From: Geosiphon pyriformis uo1
Lineage: Eukaryota; Fungi; Glomeromycota
DNA: 64,000 nucleotides
Direction of reading: 5' to 3'
Assembly (NCBI GenBank): GCA_016748015.1
Contig: JAAOMT010000003.1
Span: forward strand, 934,373-998,372
Shown: piece after piece, positions 43,898-57,113 of the stretch
How positions within the stretch are numbered: the first letter of the stretch is position 1
Layout: every line of letters begins with the position of its first letter
Made by a program: the position numbers and the translations under genes
The notes under the pieces: model-generated
The model's database searches: none
What the model was told of the DNA's origin: nothing
The model's input: only the letters and a program-made list of their open reading frames with translations

Positions 43898-45480
43898 GAT
43901 TAAGCTGGAAAGTGTCACTGGGTAAGAAGTTTCCGGTTTGATTTGCACAGTATTTATTTGATTATTCGCACTTAAATTATAACAGCATTAACAGTTAATA
44001 TTGATTTATTACTTTTAGGTCTAGGCCTGATGTTTCACATTACATAAGCTCATGAGTCGATTTTAATTCATGATATGATTTTACATATATTACAATGTCG
44101 AATTTTAAGTTGCTTGATAATTTAACAATTGCAAACAACTTTCACTATAATACATAAGGATGTTTGAAATAATCACATATAAATTTAAATTTTTAGTTAT
44201 TCTTTTTTATATGCAATTTTATCATTTATATAATAATAAAATAAAAATAATTTTTAAATTTTAAGTTAAATATTAAATAATTTGTTTTTATTTAATATAT
44301 ACATATATATGGTTTTATGCAAAAAGTTTAATACACCAAAATGATTCTTCAAAGTATTGTTATAGCAAAAAATATAAATTTATCTATAAAAATAAAAAAT
44401 TACATATAAATTAATTAATTAATTAATAATAACTATATTAATATTAGTATTATTTTATTTGTTTAATCCAATTGTTATCTATTTTATAAAACTAACATGT
44501 TTTATATTAGATATAAGTTATGTTTAAACCACATATGACCAGCTATCTAAACTAATTAAATTATATTCACAGAAATTCTGAATTTATCACTAGTCAAAAA
44601 TTATTTAACAAAGTTATTAATACATAAAAAAACTTTGTTTAGAACATATAATTCAAATATTCTAATAAATACAAAATAATAGACAATTTAACTATGTTTA
44701 ATATTTATATAAACGAAATAATTGGGTTTTATATTAAACAATAAATTATGTTTTATATTTAGCTTAAAACTTTAACATAAATAATTATATTTTATTTTAT
44801 AAAAAATTACAATAAACCAAACAAATTTTATAATTTTAAACATAATTAATTTAATTAAATCAAACATTTTAAAAATATTAAAATATTATTTTTTTATTAT
44901 AAAAATCTTTGTTAAAATTATATACAATTAATATAATAATATCTTATTATTATAAAAAAACATATTAAAAAAATTTGCAAAATTTTCAATTTACTAATAA
45001 TTAACTTTAATTTATGCCAACTTGATTCATTAATAAAAACAATATTTATTTTAATATTTATATTAATAACATATTTAAAAACACAATAGATAATTGTTTT
45101 TATTATATTTAATTTTTATTATATTAATATTATTGGCTTTATATTTTTTTATATACTATTACAATATAATGTTTTCATAATATAAGTTTTAAGTTTGGTA
45201 AATTTAAAACATAAATCTAAATACCAATTATTATTTTTTAATTTATATTATTTATTAAACTATTATTTAAATACTTTTTTATATGCTTTAATTTTTATTA
45301 AATATAATTAATAATATTATATATAAAACAAAAAAAATAATAAGTATTTTTAAAAATAATTATTTTATTAAAACTTTTTAAAAAATTTTAGTAAATAAAG
45401 TAATTATATTAATTATTTAATCTGTTAGCTTATTTTTATAATATTTAAATAATTTTTAACTTTAATAAAACTTATCGCTT

Positions 45481-46999
45481 AAAGGACCAGGTGTTAAAAC
45501 TAAGAAAGCATTGGGCAAGCCACTGGAAAGAATAGATTTTTCAAGTTATAATAATGATAATAATGTCCTCTTGGATATCCCCTTGGAACTGCTCCCTTCC
45601 TTAAAAAACTTGGTTGCTGTTTCTGTTAGGAAATCTTTCATTTTGGATATTGGCTTAAATAAAAGTGGTTAGAAAATCCTTTCAAGAAAAGCTGATGGTG
45701 GTTAGAAATTTGTTCTCAAAAGTTAATGGTTTTGGGGGGGTCTCTACCCCCACAAAATCCTCAAGGATCATCCATGTTTTCTTCACTTCTGAATCTAGTT
45801 TGGCACAGACTACTGAAAAGGCAAGAGTGGCAAATATTTTAGTAAACACTAATCTCAAGAAATTATTTAGTCATTCAGATCGGGCTGTGATGGTTAAAGA
45901 AATTCCAGTTAGAACATTAGCTAAGGCTGTGCATGCTGTACTTACTGAATTTGGTTCTGTTGTGTCAATCAAAATACAACTGGTAGAGCTGTGGCAAAAG
46001 GCTGTGGTTGAATTTGCCCAATCAGATCAGGCTAATTTGGTTGCAGCTAAATGGTTCATCTTAATTGGGAAAGATGCTGTGAGAGTAGCCAAGGCTAATA
46101 CAGACAAGAAATCATGGAATACAAAGGATTAGCATAGAGTCTTGCTCTATACACTGCCAATGAGCACCAATGCTCATGATATCTGGGATTTCATTGGCTC
46201 TGTGGGTAAAAAAACTTGTGTCATTAATTGACACCCTGTTACATATGTTCAGGCCAGGTGTACTGTTGTTTGTTTTGATTCTGCTGCTTCAATTAATGCT
46301 GTTATAAAAACTACACCTGTCTTAAAAGGTGCCAATTTGCATTGGTCTTACATGAGTTCTGCTAAGTGTGCTAAGTGTGAAAATTTGGGTTATATTTCTC
46401 TGGATTGTTCTGTGAATAGGAAAGTTTCTTCTGGTGGCACAACTTGCAGGATATTGTTGAATGATGATAAAAGCAGACTGGCTTCCATTTATGCTAGATG
46501 CTCTGCTCCAATTTCCCATTTGGTTTCTTTTGGTGGTGTCTCTTGGGCCAATATTGTTGGTGGGTCTTCATTCCCTTTTCTCTCTGTATGCTATGGCTTA
46601 GCTGCTTTTGGTTTTTCTTCAAAAATGAAACTTAATCTGATGGTGTCTATAGAATTGAATGATAGGTTTGCTGCTCTTGAGTGTAGTCTTACCAGCCTCA
46701 TGGAATGCATTGACAAGTTGGCTAAGAGGTTGAACTTACCTGAGCCAATGGTTTTCCAGCCTAGCCTTAGATATCAGTTATTGGTAACCTCTTCATCACA
46801 AAATCAAGAGGTGGATATAGTAATGAGTGAGAATTTGGGTGTGGTCACTAGTGGTGAAACTATTGTGGAAGTGGCAGTTTTTGATTCTTCAGTTGTTTCT
46901 AAGATGGAAAAAACTCTGAGAAATCTTTCAATCACAGTTATGGGCCTTTTGGCCAAAATCAACAATGCTGGTTTAGTTTCTACTACTCTCTCTTCTTAA
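45481..46999 (+). pseudogene. LINE ORF1 (gag-like, CCHC zinc knuckle), disrupted
   Basis: ORF fragments 45665-46132 and 46337-46999 plus an upstream frame KGPGVKTKKALGKPL. In-frame stops and a frameshift near 45660. Confidence 0.8.
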
Positions 47000-49900
47000 T
47001 AATAGAGCTGGTATGGAAGTTTACTGCATGTAATGTTTGGGGTCTTAATGTCTCTGCTAAGCAGGAAGACATTATTCAATAACACAAGGAGTCTGGAAAT
47101 ATGGTATCTATAGTTACAGAAACAAAATTGAGGTCTAATGTTAAACTATAGATTATGAAAAAATTTGATGGTGTGTGTATTTTTACATCTGGGCTGGTTG
47201 ATGGGTATTTTGGGACTGGAGTAACAATAGTTATAAACAATTCTCTGGCTTGACATGTTTCTAAGGTGGAAGAGATCTCTGGTCATGTTATTTTGGTGCA
47301 TCTCCTTTTTAAAGGCAAGGTTTTGGTCTCAATTATTGGTTTGTACACTTGTGCCTTTTCTGGTGACCAGTTTGAATAGATGCCCAGAATAAATTCTTTC
47401 ATAGTTCAGATGGTCAACTCTAGTAACTTTATTGTTTTGGAGAGTGATTTCAATAAAGACAAGTCAATAAGAAGTGCAAGTTTCAGGTTCTGTTTGAGTA
47501 TAGATTTGGTTAATTTTTTTGGTGGACATCTTCTGGCTAGAGCTTCTATGTGAAGCAACTCAAGAGGCATTGAAAAAGTCATTAATTATGTCTTTGTTAG
47601 TGAGAGCCTGATCTCAGCTGTGGCCAACCACAGAGTAGAATCTGTGGCTGAGTTCTTTGACACTGATCATAGAGCTATTTTAGTCTCAGTTGATTTGGGT
47701 GGTCTTTTGGATATGTGTTTGGCTGGTATATATAAGCATGCTAATATGAATTGCTGGAAATTCAAGCTAAAAAATGTGGATACCAATAACTGGAGGCATT
47801 TTATGGAGTGCTCTTCAGAAAAGTTTTTGATGAAATCAGCTGTGTTTCATGATGCAGAACATGATAGTAATTTGGATGGTATGTGAGAAGTTCTCAGGAA
47901 AATAACAATTGATTCTGCTAATGCAATCTTCTCCAAAATTTGGTATTGCAAATTTGATAATACAAGGAACAAAACTTCCTCAAAATTTTATGGATTAGAG
48001 TTACTAATGTCCAAGATTGTCAAAAGTATGAAAACAGGCCTGAGCTTGAAGACTAACCATTTAGTTAACACTTGGGTGGACTTGGATAATGATAAAGCAT
48101 CCAAAATTCGGGCTATAATCAATGAAGATACTAGGATTATGGATATTGTACATCACATTTCAGTTGTCAAGAAGGAATATCATAAGTCCAAATATCATGA
48201 ATTAAAGGTTGTCAGAGATGAGTCTATCAGAGCAGCTGTAGTAAAACATATGAAAAATTTCTGCTCAGATAAAGGAAAAATGATTAAGAGCATTCTGGAT
48301 CAATCCTTCAGAAAAGTGGTTCTTAATCATTTAGTTGTTGATAGAGAGCTTATCTTGGAGCCTCAGACTGTCAAGTCTTCAGTTGATACTATAATAGAAG
48401 ACTGGACAAAAAAGCATTTGGTCTTTGATATCCTCCCAGCTCGGTGGCTTGATCAATACACTCTTTTAGAGTACATTGCTGATAATACATTCTCAAAGAT
48501 TATGTGTAATATCAGTCTGGACAAACTTTTGGTGATTGTCAAGGAATTGTCTGATGGCAAGGCTGCTGGACTTTCTGAAATTCCTAATAAACTTTGGAAG
48601 CACAGTGGGTCTCTAGTTCTCAATGGTCTTCTGAGCATTCTCAATAGGTGTTTGAAATCTGGTAGTGTTTCCACACAGTGGAGAAAATCTTGGGTCTTCA
48701 TAATTCCTAAACTGTACAATTGGGAGGGTACTCTCACCAACACTAGGCCAATAGCACTGGTTGAGACCACTCAAAAAATCTTGTTTAAGATTCTGTTAGA
48801 CAAAATTTCTTTGGTTTACAGCAGGTGTGATGTTTTGCATGATAATAACTTTTTGGTGTTGAAAGACACTTCCACATAATCCTCTATTTTTACTGTTGGC
48901 TCAATTGTAGAAGATGCTTTGGAAAAAAATAAAGAGTTATGGTTGGTCCTTCAGAATATGTGCAAGGCTTATGACTCTGTTGGTTGAACTCATTTGCACA
49001 ACAGTCTAGTTAGGATCAAAATGTGCCCCCATTTCATAAGCTTCTTTGGTAGTATACACAATGGAAGATTCAATCGGATTATGATGGATTTTGGTTTGTT
49101 TGATGGTTATATTGTGCATGATGGTTTAGATCAAGGAGAAATATTCTTACCACTTCTATGACAAATCTTTTATGACCCATTACTCTGTAAAGTCAAAAAA
49201 CATGAACAGTTGTATGGCTACAGAATATGCTCAAATTTCTATACTAAGTCTGATAGGCCAGATATGAATAATAGCAGTACTTTATTTTTTGCAACAAGTG
49301 CCTTTGTTGATGACACAATTTGGATTGGGAATTGCTTAACAGCAACACAAAACATTTTGAATATAGCTAGTGAGTTCTTTTCTATTAATGACATCTCCAT
49401 AAATACTAAAAAGACTGTTGCTATTCTTATCAACTAAGATGTCCAGAAAGCTGATCTATCTATTAGTGAATCAAAGATTTCAGTGGCTAGAAGGAATGAA
49501 TCTCATTGTTATCTGGGAATTTTTTTGTTTACTGAGGGCTTGTTCAAGCCGAGTCTAGCCAAGGCCCATGCCGATGTCAGATTTTTTTTGAATGTGGTTC
49601 TAAGAAAAACTATTACTAAGAAACAATTTTTGTATTTAGTTTCTGCTGTCTTGCAGCCTATTGTTTGCTACAGACTTCAATTTAGCTTTGCATCCAAAAA
49701 TGTTTGTAAAAAATAGGACAAATTGCTAAGAAAAAGACTTAAGCTCAAAGCAAATTTACCTAAAGACTTTCTTAGTATGGCATTGCATTATCCCGAGTTG
49801 TATGGCCTGAAGCCTTTTGAACAAGTGCTAACTAAAAATTTGATGGCCAACCTAGTCAACTTTAACAATGCAGGTGGAACTCTTGGCAGGTTTTTCAATT

Positions 49901-51666
49901 ACAGAGCAATAGACTTACAAGCAGCCAGCTGGATGCCCTGGCGCCTTCTATGTTTTCTGATCACATTACCTATTAGCTTTTTGAATTGTTTTTTAGCTGG
50001 TGCTATGCACACTCTTGCTTTGTGCAACACTTTCTTGAGTGGTATCTTTTCTAATGTTTTTGGAATTGGGTCTGGTGTGCCAATCCTGGACGTGTTAGGT
50101 GTGAGGAAATCTCTCAGAAAATATGGCCTCATTTTCGCCAACCAACTGTTAGATTGTCATGGCAAATGTTTCACTTGGAACACTTTTCGCAGATGGAAAA
50201 AGCTTAATTCCAGAGGTCCTATTCCTATTTGGTTTGTCTCTGTTTCCAATTTCATCAAGTGCAGTGGTATGAGCAATGACGTGGTTGTGGCATTTTATCC
50301 TGCTCTTGCCAATGTTGTTTGTGACACTGGTTTTGTTTCTGAACAGTTGCTTGCCACCAAATGTGGCTCCATTGATGTATACATAGATGGTTCTGTTAAG
50401 AGTTTGGGGTTTATTGATGCCTGCGGTAGTACTGCAGCTTATTTTCTAAAAGCCAATACAAGTATTAGTGTAAAAGTTCTTGGTTTGTTGTTCTTTATGC
50501 TGGTGGAACTACAGGCTATTACTTTGGTATTGGAGTGTGTTCCTTACTCCAGCATAGTCACTTTGTTTATGGACAGTCAGGCTTCACTAAATATATGCAA
50601 GTTTGATGTAGATGGTTTTGGTCCTAATTTTCAATGCAAATGCTGGATTGAGAAAGAGCATATTTGTCAAGCTATTTTAAATAAGAATTTATCGGTCACG
50701 TGAAAGAAGGTCAAAGGACATTCAGGTGTAATCGAGAATGAATGTGCAGATTTTTTTGCAAACACAGCAACTTTGTCCAAGTCTGTATTGTTTTTGAGTA
50801 TACTATATCACTTTTTTAGTGTTGAAAACAGGTCTGTTTCTGAAAACGTGGATCATTTTGTTAGGAATTTGTTTGAAGCCATCAATTTCATCAGTTGGAA
50901 GTCCAAATTTGGCACCAACATTGTTGATGTTGGTTTTGCTAATGATGTTGACTTTTCCAAATCTTTTAGTATGTGGCACTCTAATGATGGGATTCACTCT
51001 GGTTATACTGGCTCATTTTCTGCTTCTCTATAATCTTACCTTATGAAATCTTTGCATCATTGCCTGCCAGTTGCCATGAGGAATAGATTGTATGATCCTA
51101 AATATCCTAGCATAGTGTGCATTAGGTATAGTGTGGTTAAAGACTCTGATCACTCATTTTTGTGTAAGCATAACAATGTTGCCAGACTGAATATACTGTT
51201 GAATATTGGCGTGGAGTGGTGTAAAATGGCTGGTAAATCTGCTGAAAGAAGTAGGATAATGCAATTCTTAAGTGAAGTTGAGTCTTCTAATGACCTGTAC
51301 ATACTATTGGCCAAGGAGTTTGTATTGAAAAACTGGGTGTCAAATGCTGTTCTGTGCCTTGGTTTGGCTTTTGACAGTGACTTGATAGTCAAGTTGGTTC
51401 ATAATCTTGCTAAAAGTCACAGGTCAGATATTTGGTTGTCTGCTGCTAAATTGAGAGTCTTTTATGAGAAACACAATCTTTTGCCATGTGATGGATCTGC
51501 TGTGTTATTGATTAATGGTTTGTCGGGTTTGTGGGATACTAGTGTTATCCGCAGCTTTGGTTTCAGGTTGGGTGTTCATTTGTATTTCAGTTTGTGTCCT
51601 TGTTTCACTAAGCTGGGCTTTGGTTTCTTGAATAGTATACTTTTAACAGATCCTGCATGTGCATAG
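47000..51666 (+). pseudogene. LINE ORF2 (endonuclease-reverse transcriptase-RNase H), many premature stops
   Basis: ORF-track fragments 47620-51666 all lie in one frame separated by point stops; domain motifs as listed for the element. Confidence 0.9.
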
Positions 51667-52509
51667 TGCTGCCTTGATTGGGCCGAGTGTCTGATCACAT
51701 GTAAAAAAGGCATGAGCCACATTTAATTTGAAATCTTTTTTTGATTTTATGTATTTAGGTAGTGGTTGGATTGCACTCATTAAACTTGCAATAAAAAATA
51801 AATAAAAAACTTATTACCAAATTTTTGTTAATTATAATATTGATAATTTTGTATTTTTTAATTTAATACTTATTTTAAAATTAAATTTTTTTGGCTTTAA
51901 TTTAAATTTATATATATATGTAATTATTTTATTATTTATAATAATTTTACACTTATTTTTTACAAAAATACAATCTAAAATTAAAGTAATAACTATAAAT
52001 TCAATATAAGTTAAAATATAATTTTATAAAATTTTATATTTATATTATATTTAATATTATTAAAATTTGCAATAATATTATTAATCATAAAAATTGAACT
52101 TAAATTTTTATTAGATTAGTACTTTATTATTTTTATATTTTGTTAAATTTAAATAAATTTGACAATATTTTTAAAGAAAAAACCAGCTGCAAAACAATTT
52201 ACTTATACAAATTTAACTTATTGATTAAAAAGTAAAAACAAAACAAAATTATAAATAATTACTTAGCATTTTATTTATTTTTAGCAAGAATTTTAAAAAA
52301 ATATTTATATATTTAAAATTAAATTATATATAATATTAATAATGATTAAAAATTTTGGTGTAATTAAAAAATTACAAAGACAGTGTATAATTTTAAAATA
52401 GTTTTATATATTATTGATAAAAATATTAAAAATTAGATTAATATTTAAATTAACAATTTTTTAATTTCTATATTACATATTACACATTTTATATAATCTT
52501 TTGTTTATT

Positions 52510-53255
52510 AGAGAGTTTGCGCTACAATGATTTCTTTGTAAATTTACTTCTAGCAGTCCCAAATGGAATTCCTTGTAGAACAGAGTTTGCGCTACGATGA
52601 TTTTCCTTGTAAATTTATTTCTGCAATTGGCTAGTGATGTCACGTAATTTTAATGCAAACGCGTATCAAATCTCACCATATGGAGCCCGAGAACTTGAGT
52701 TTTGACAGCCTGCGAATGGCTACACTTCTGCTACTACTTCATAAGCGTCAACAGCAACTGGCCATAACAATGAAGACAATATTTGAACCTGAACGTCCAT
52801 TGATTCCCAATACGAGACTTGATCTAAATGCACTTGATGAGGGTGTGTAGCATTTTTCCGGTATGAAGATTAAAGTTTTATATGATTAATGTGACAATAA
52901 TGTTTTGAAAAGTATATTGAAGACAACGGCTTATAGATTCAACAAAACACAGATAGAACAACTTGTTGAACACTTCCGAATTCCATCAGTTAGTATAGTG
53001 AATGCTTATTCACTAACAATAAAAATGGTCCACAGTCTTAAAATAGGTTCGAGAATATCTCTCTTAGGTTTGGACATATTGTAAGACATACCTTGTCAGC
53101 TTTTGGGCTACAGATTGCAAAAAATTAGATAACAAAAATCTCTTACTTGTAGAGGAAATCTACAAAGAATTCCGGTTTTAAATTTCTTTGTACAAGCCAC
53201 AAATTTGTGGCTACAGGTAAATTTACAAAGAAAATCATTGTAGCGCAAACTCTCT
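52510..53255 (+). mobile_element. Non-autonomous, internally deleted PIF/Harbinger-like DNA transposon (746 bp)
   Basis: ~45-bp TIRs AGAGAGTTTGCGCTACAATGATTTCTTTGTAAATTTAC... and ...GTAAATTTACAAAGAAAATCATTGTAGCGCAAACTCTCT. 3-bp TSD ATT (52507-52509, 53256-53258). Internal transposase N-terminal relic RLDLNALDE/CVAFFR|FNKTQIEQLVEHFRIP with intron 52861-52936. Confidence 0.85.
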
Positions 53256-53654
53256 ATTAACTAATATTAAACTAATAATAATAATAAAACTTCATTTTTA
53301 CGATATTATTCTTGTGGTTATTATTAAAATAAAGAACTGACCACAATAAACTTTAAATAATTAAAACAATCAAACACAAAGATTGATGAATTCTAATAGT
53401 TTGTTAATTTAAAGTGAAAGAACTTGTAATAACGATACTGATTTTCGTGAACATAATCGTCAAACACAATAGTATGATATGTTGATAACTACATTTAATT
53501 TCTATGAATCAGAAATTTCCCAACTCGATCGTAGGTGTTATATTTTTTGATTTGATTAGAAAGCTGAGACTGTTCAGGACCTTGTTGTTTACTTTTAAAC
53601 GGTTAATTTAAATAGTACAAATTGGAGGAATACTTTAGAAATTATCATGAGTAG

Positions 53655-53820
53655 TTAGTGTATGGGAGATTTTGGAAAGAGAATTATTGCTTCTGAATCT
53701 TTTGTTGCGATCTCGTCATCATTTGTTTCTTCACTGGATTCCTCCTCTTCGGATGATTCTTCATCTTCTTCCTCCTCCGCCTCGCTTGATTCCTGATAAT
53801 CATCATCATCCTCCTCCTCC

Positions 53821-53852
<32 letters not shown>

Positions 53853-56800
53853 CTCTTCCTCCTCTTCCTCTTCGCTCTCCGATGATTCATCTGTTATTGA
53901 ATCATACCGAAGGGCTGTAAGGATGAATTGTATTAACAAAATTGAAATTTAACGATAAAAGCCTAGAAGGGATTTGAACAGAATTAATTTGATGAAATTC
54001 TAAAAGTAAAAACGTACATGACGCTTTTGCTCCCCTAGGCTCCTCTTCTTCTGACAAAGATTCAGCAGATTCATAGAAATTATCCAAATCATAATTATGC
54101 TTCTTATGTGAGGTTTTCTCGTAACGTGATGGTGTTGTGGGGGAGTAATGCGGTCCGAATGAATCACTTCCAAAGCTTTTAGCCGCTTTGGAACGATTGT
54201 AAGCCTCATCTTGCTGTCAAATAATAATGTAATATAAATCAAATCCTACTTGAGCGTAAAATTTAAAATAACTTCTTATCTTACCAAACTATTCCGGAGA
54301 GAGCTATCAGGTTTTTCTGTCGGCCAATCTGGCAAGGCTTCATAACCTGGTAAGGTATGATTGAGTACAAGAGCCATTGATCCAATAATAAAACGGTCGC
54401 GTCCTTTTGAAATTGAAATGAAGAGGTCTAATGAATTGCCAGAGGCTTTGAACTTTTCAAAATAATTCTTCTTACCAGCAGAAGGACTTTCATCACTTGG
54501 CGCCTCTTTTTCACACAAAAGAATTTGCTTCAAATTATCCGTTAATAAGGTACTTTTACTTTCATCTTTTTCATTTGAAGCTGCCTGATTGCTTTCAGCC
54601 TTTCCACTCGAGACTCCGTTATTGTTACCTAACAAAATGAGACCTCTCAAAAGACGAGCCCGATCTCTAATATCATAGTTCAGATCATAACGTGCCAAGT
54701 TCAGAACATATTGAAACAGGAGGTTGAGGGTATGATTTGTTGGATGAAGAGAAACCAGCTTTGCACTCAGATTTATTGTTTGCAACTTCACAATATTATC
54801 TTCATTACTGAATGTCTTAGCAGCTTTTCTAAGCACATCAGGGGCGACCTTTTCTAGATTCTCAGCATATTGGCCAACCAGCCATAAAATGCTCGCTCTC
54901 GCCCGTGGTACTGTAATTTGATCCAAGGATTTCGCAAGCTGAATTATCATATCGGCATTATCTTGGGGTTTTAATTGTAAAAGCCTCTTGATAACCACGA
55001 TGGATTCTGCGACAACAGCATCTTGATAATATAAAATGATTGTTAATAATCCCTCAAGAAATAATACATATGAATAAAATAAGAGGCAAACCATTTTTGC
55101 TCCACAATAATTTCATCAATCCATCCAGACAGTTTTCAGCCATTTCCGGTATTCCTATGGCGCATCGCCCAATCGCCTGTATAGCAGATGTTGCAAACTC
55201 TTTGTTGGGACTCTTGACGTATTCCTTATGGCAAATAAAATTATAGTTATAATTAAAGCAGCCTGATTTTCAGATAAATTATTTGGGTGAAAAGGACTGT
55301 ACCTGCAACTCTCTCAAAAGGACAGTTACATTACTTTCTGTTCCGATCAAAGTCATGATTTCCATCTTTAAGTTACGCACAAAACCGGGGTCTGTAGATC
55401 GAACAAAAAATTGTTGAAGATGTGGTTCAAAAAGGTACTATTCGAAGAAATGTACGTCAAATATCAGCCTCCAGGAATAATTTTGAAGTTGAACACGGTA
55501 CAATATTTCATGCTTTTCAAAAGGGATTGCAAACCGGCCGTTGAGTCGCCATTGTGGCTATATTTGCCAGCACAACATACTGAATTTCCCGATGTGTTCT
55601 CAACAATCTTACTAGAGGTTTGCTTATCTTATATGAATCTGTAATTGGAGCTAAATGATAATATATTTTTGCAACTGCGAGGACTACCTAAATAGATGTT
55701 AAGCAATAAGTTATCTTTATTCGAGTATTTCAAAACAATGACTTAGTTAAGAGGAAAACATACCCCACTATTTCGACTTTGTAAGAGTGGTAAACATGAA
55801 CGTAGAAGGAGCTCATGATCAGGGTCTAAAACATATGAAAAATCGATTGTTCCTTCCGTACTATCTGAATCATCATCGGAATAGAATTCCTTGGAGGCTT
55901 TATGTGAATTGGATCGTCCAGACTTTTAAATTTAAATTTTGTTAAAAAGTAGAGATCGAATAATAAGCAATCATATTAATTCTACAAATCGACTTACATT
56001 ACGGTTGGGATCTAAAAATTGAGTCCTGGATGTACAAAAATTATGTGAGTACTCCTCATCATTTGGAAAAGTTTTGGATAAAAAATTTTACCTCGCATAT
56101 CGTAATAATAATCCCATTATAACAATTTGCCCCCATTCGTCGGCGTCTATTAACATACGACATAATTTTCGATAATGAGGATGTATTAAATCCAGTCGTT
56201 CTGGACAGACTTCATTAAAAGCCATCACGACACTTCCAATAGTAAATGATGAATTGTCGTTTAAGAGTGTAGTAATTGTGTCAACCAAAGTGTCTTTTTG
56301 GGTCGGGTCTAAACTTTATTGGACATTGTTGAAATTGTTTTTTAAAACAACGCCAATCAATTAGGATGAAAAAACATCAAAGATTCGGGTGTCTTACCTG
56401 TAGCATTTAGGAATGGCGGTCGCGGCTGTTTTGCGAACATAGGGTGACAAGTCGTTCATACATTTTTTGATCGCAAGCAATACAATAGGACTTATCACAG
56501 GAACGCGAATTCCAGACATCACCCGCAATGCCATTGCCCTTATTAGTTGATTTTGATCGGTAAGATCTTTTTGAAATGTATTAATGGAGAGTAGAGCGAG
56601 ATCTGGCTCTTGCTCAGCGTATCGTAATATGTAAATATAAACAAGCTTGCGAATTTCAATGTTCTGCGAGGCAACATTTTTCACAACATCTGGAAAGAAT
56701 TCTGATACATTGCGTCCTTTGGAAATCATCTTTGAATTGAGAAGCAAGCAAAGGTATGTAAAATTGAATGAGCATTTTAATCCATACCATTTTGAGAAAA

Positions 56801-57113
56801 GTGGGAGTAAATAAAGTGAATGGAAAGAGCAAAATAAATATTTGGGCGTTGACAAATTAATTGGCGGAAGATTATTTCGAAGTCGTACCGCAATCAACCT
56901 TTTAAGTCCATCCATTTTTTCGCGATCGTGCCTTGAATCTAACTGTCGTCTTATATCGCGCATTTTTTCTTCTGATGTGTCAAAATAATGCCCCGAAGAG
57001 GTAGCCTCCAGCCCGAACTCACGCGCATTTTCGACCAAACCCTCAGAAACCTTTTTTGAAAGTTTAGCTGCGTTTTGAGCAAACGCAGCCGCTTTGTAGA
57101 GATAATCAGACAT
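53655..57113 (-). CDS. APL6: AP-3 adaptor complex subunit beta (Apl6/AP3B), multi-exon
   Basis: KRLIA|[53 protein letters not shown]; [19 protein letters not shown]; [11 protein letters not shown]; [14 protein letters not shown]; LPDWP. Acidic poly-E C-terminus with no visible ear domain. Confidence 0.95.

Larger units (their letters stand above)
45479..51805 (+). mobile_element. 5'-truncated degenerate non-LTR retrotransposon (LINE; ORF1 + APE-RT-RNase H ORF2) with A-rich tail and TSD
   Basis: ORF1 relic with degenerate CCHC knuckle CAKCENLGYISLDC. ORF2 relic: APE (CNVWGLN, VTETKL, SDFN, TDHRAI), RT (KAAGLSEIP, TRPIALVE, KAYDSV, GLDQG, FVDDT), RNase H (YIDGS, KVKGHSG..NECAD), C-terminal Cys/His motif. 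AATAAA/A-rich end ~51790-51809. TSD AAAACTTATCGC (45467-45478) vs AAAACTTATTAC (51806-51817). Confidence 0.93.

Noticed and set aside
53672-53920. Poly-Pro (+) and poly-Arg (-) ORFs
   Set aside because: Alternative frames of the GAG/GAA repeat encoding the AP-3 beta acidic tail.
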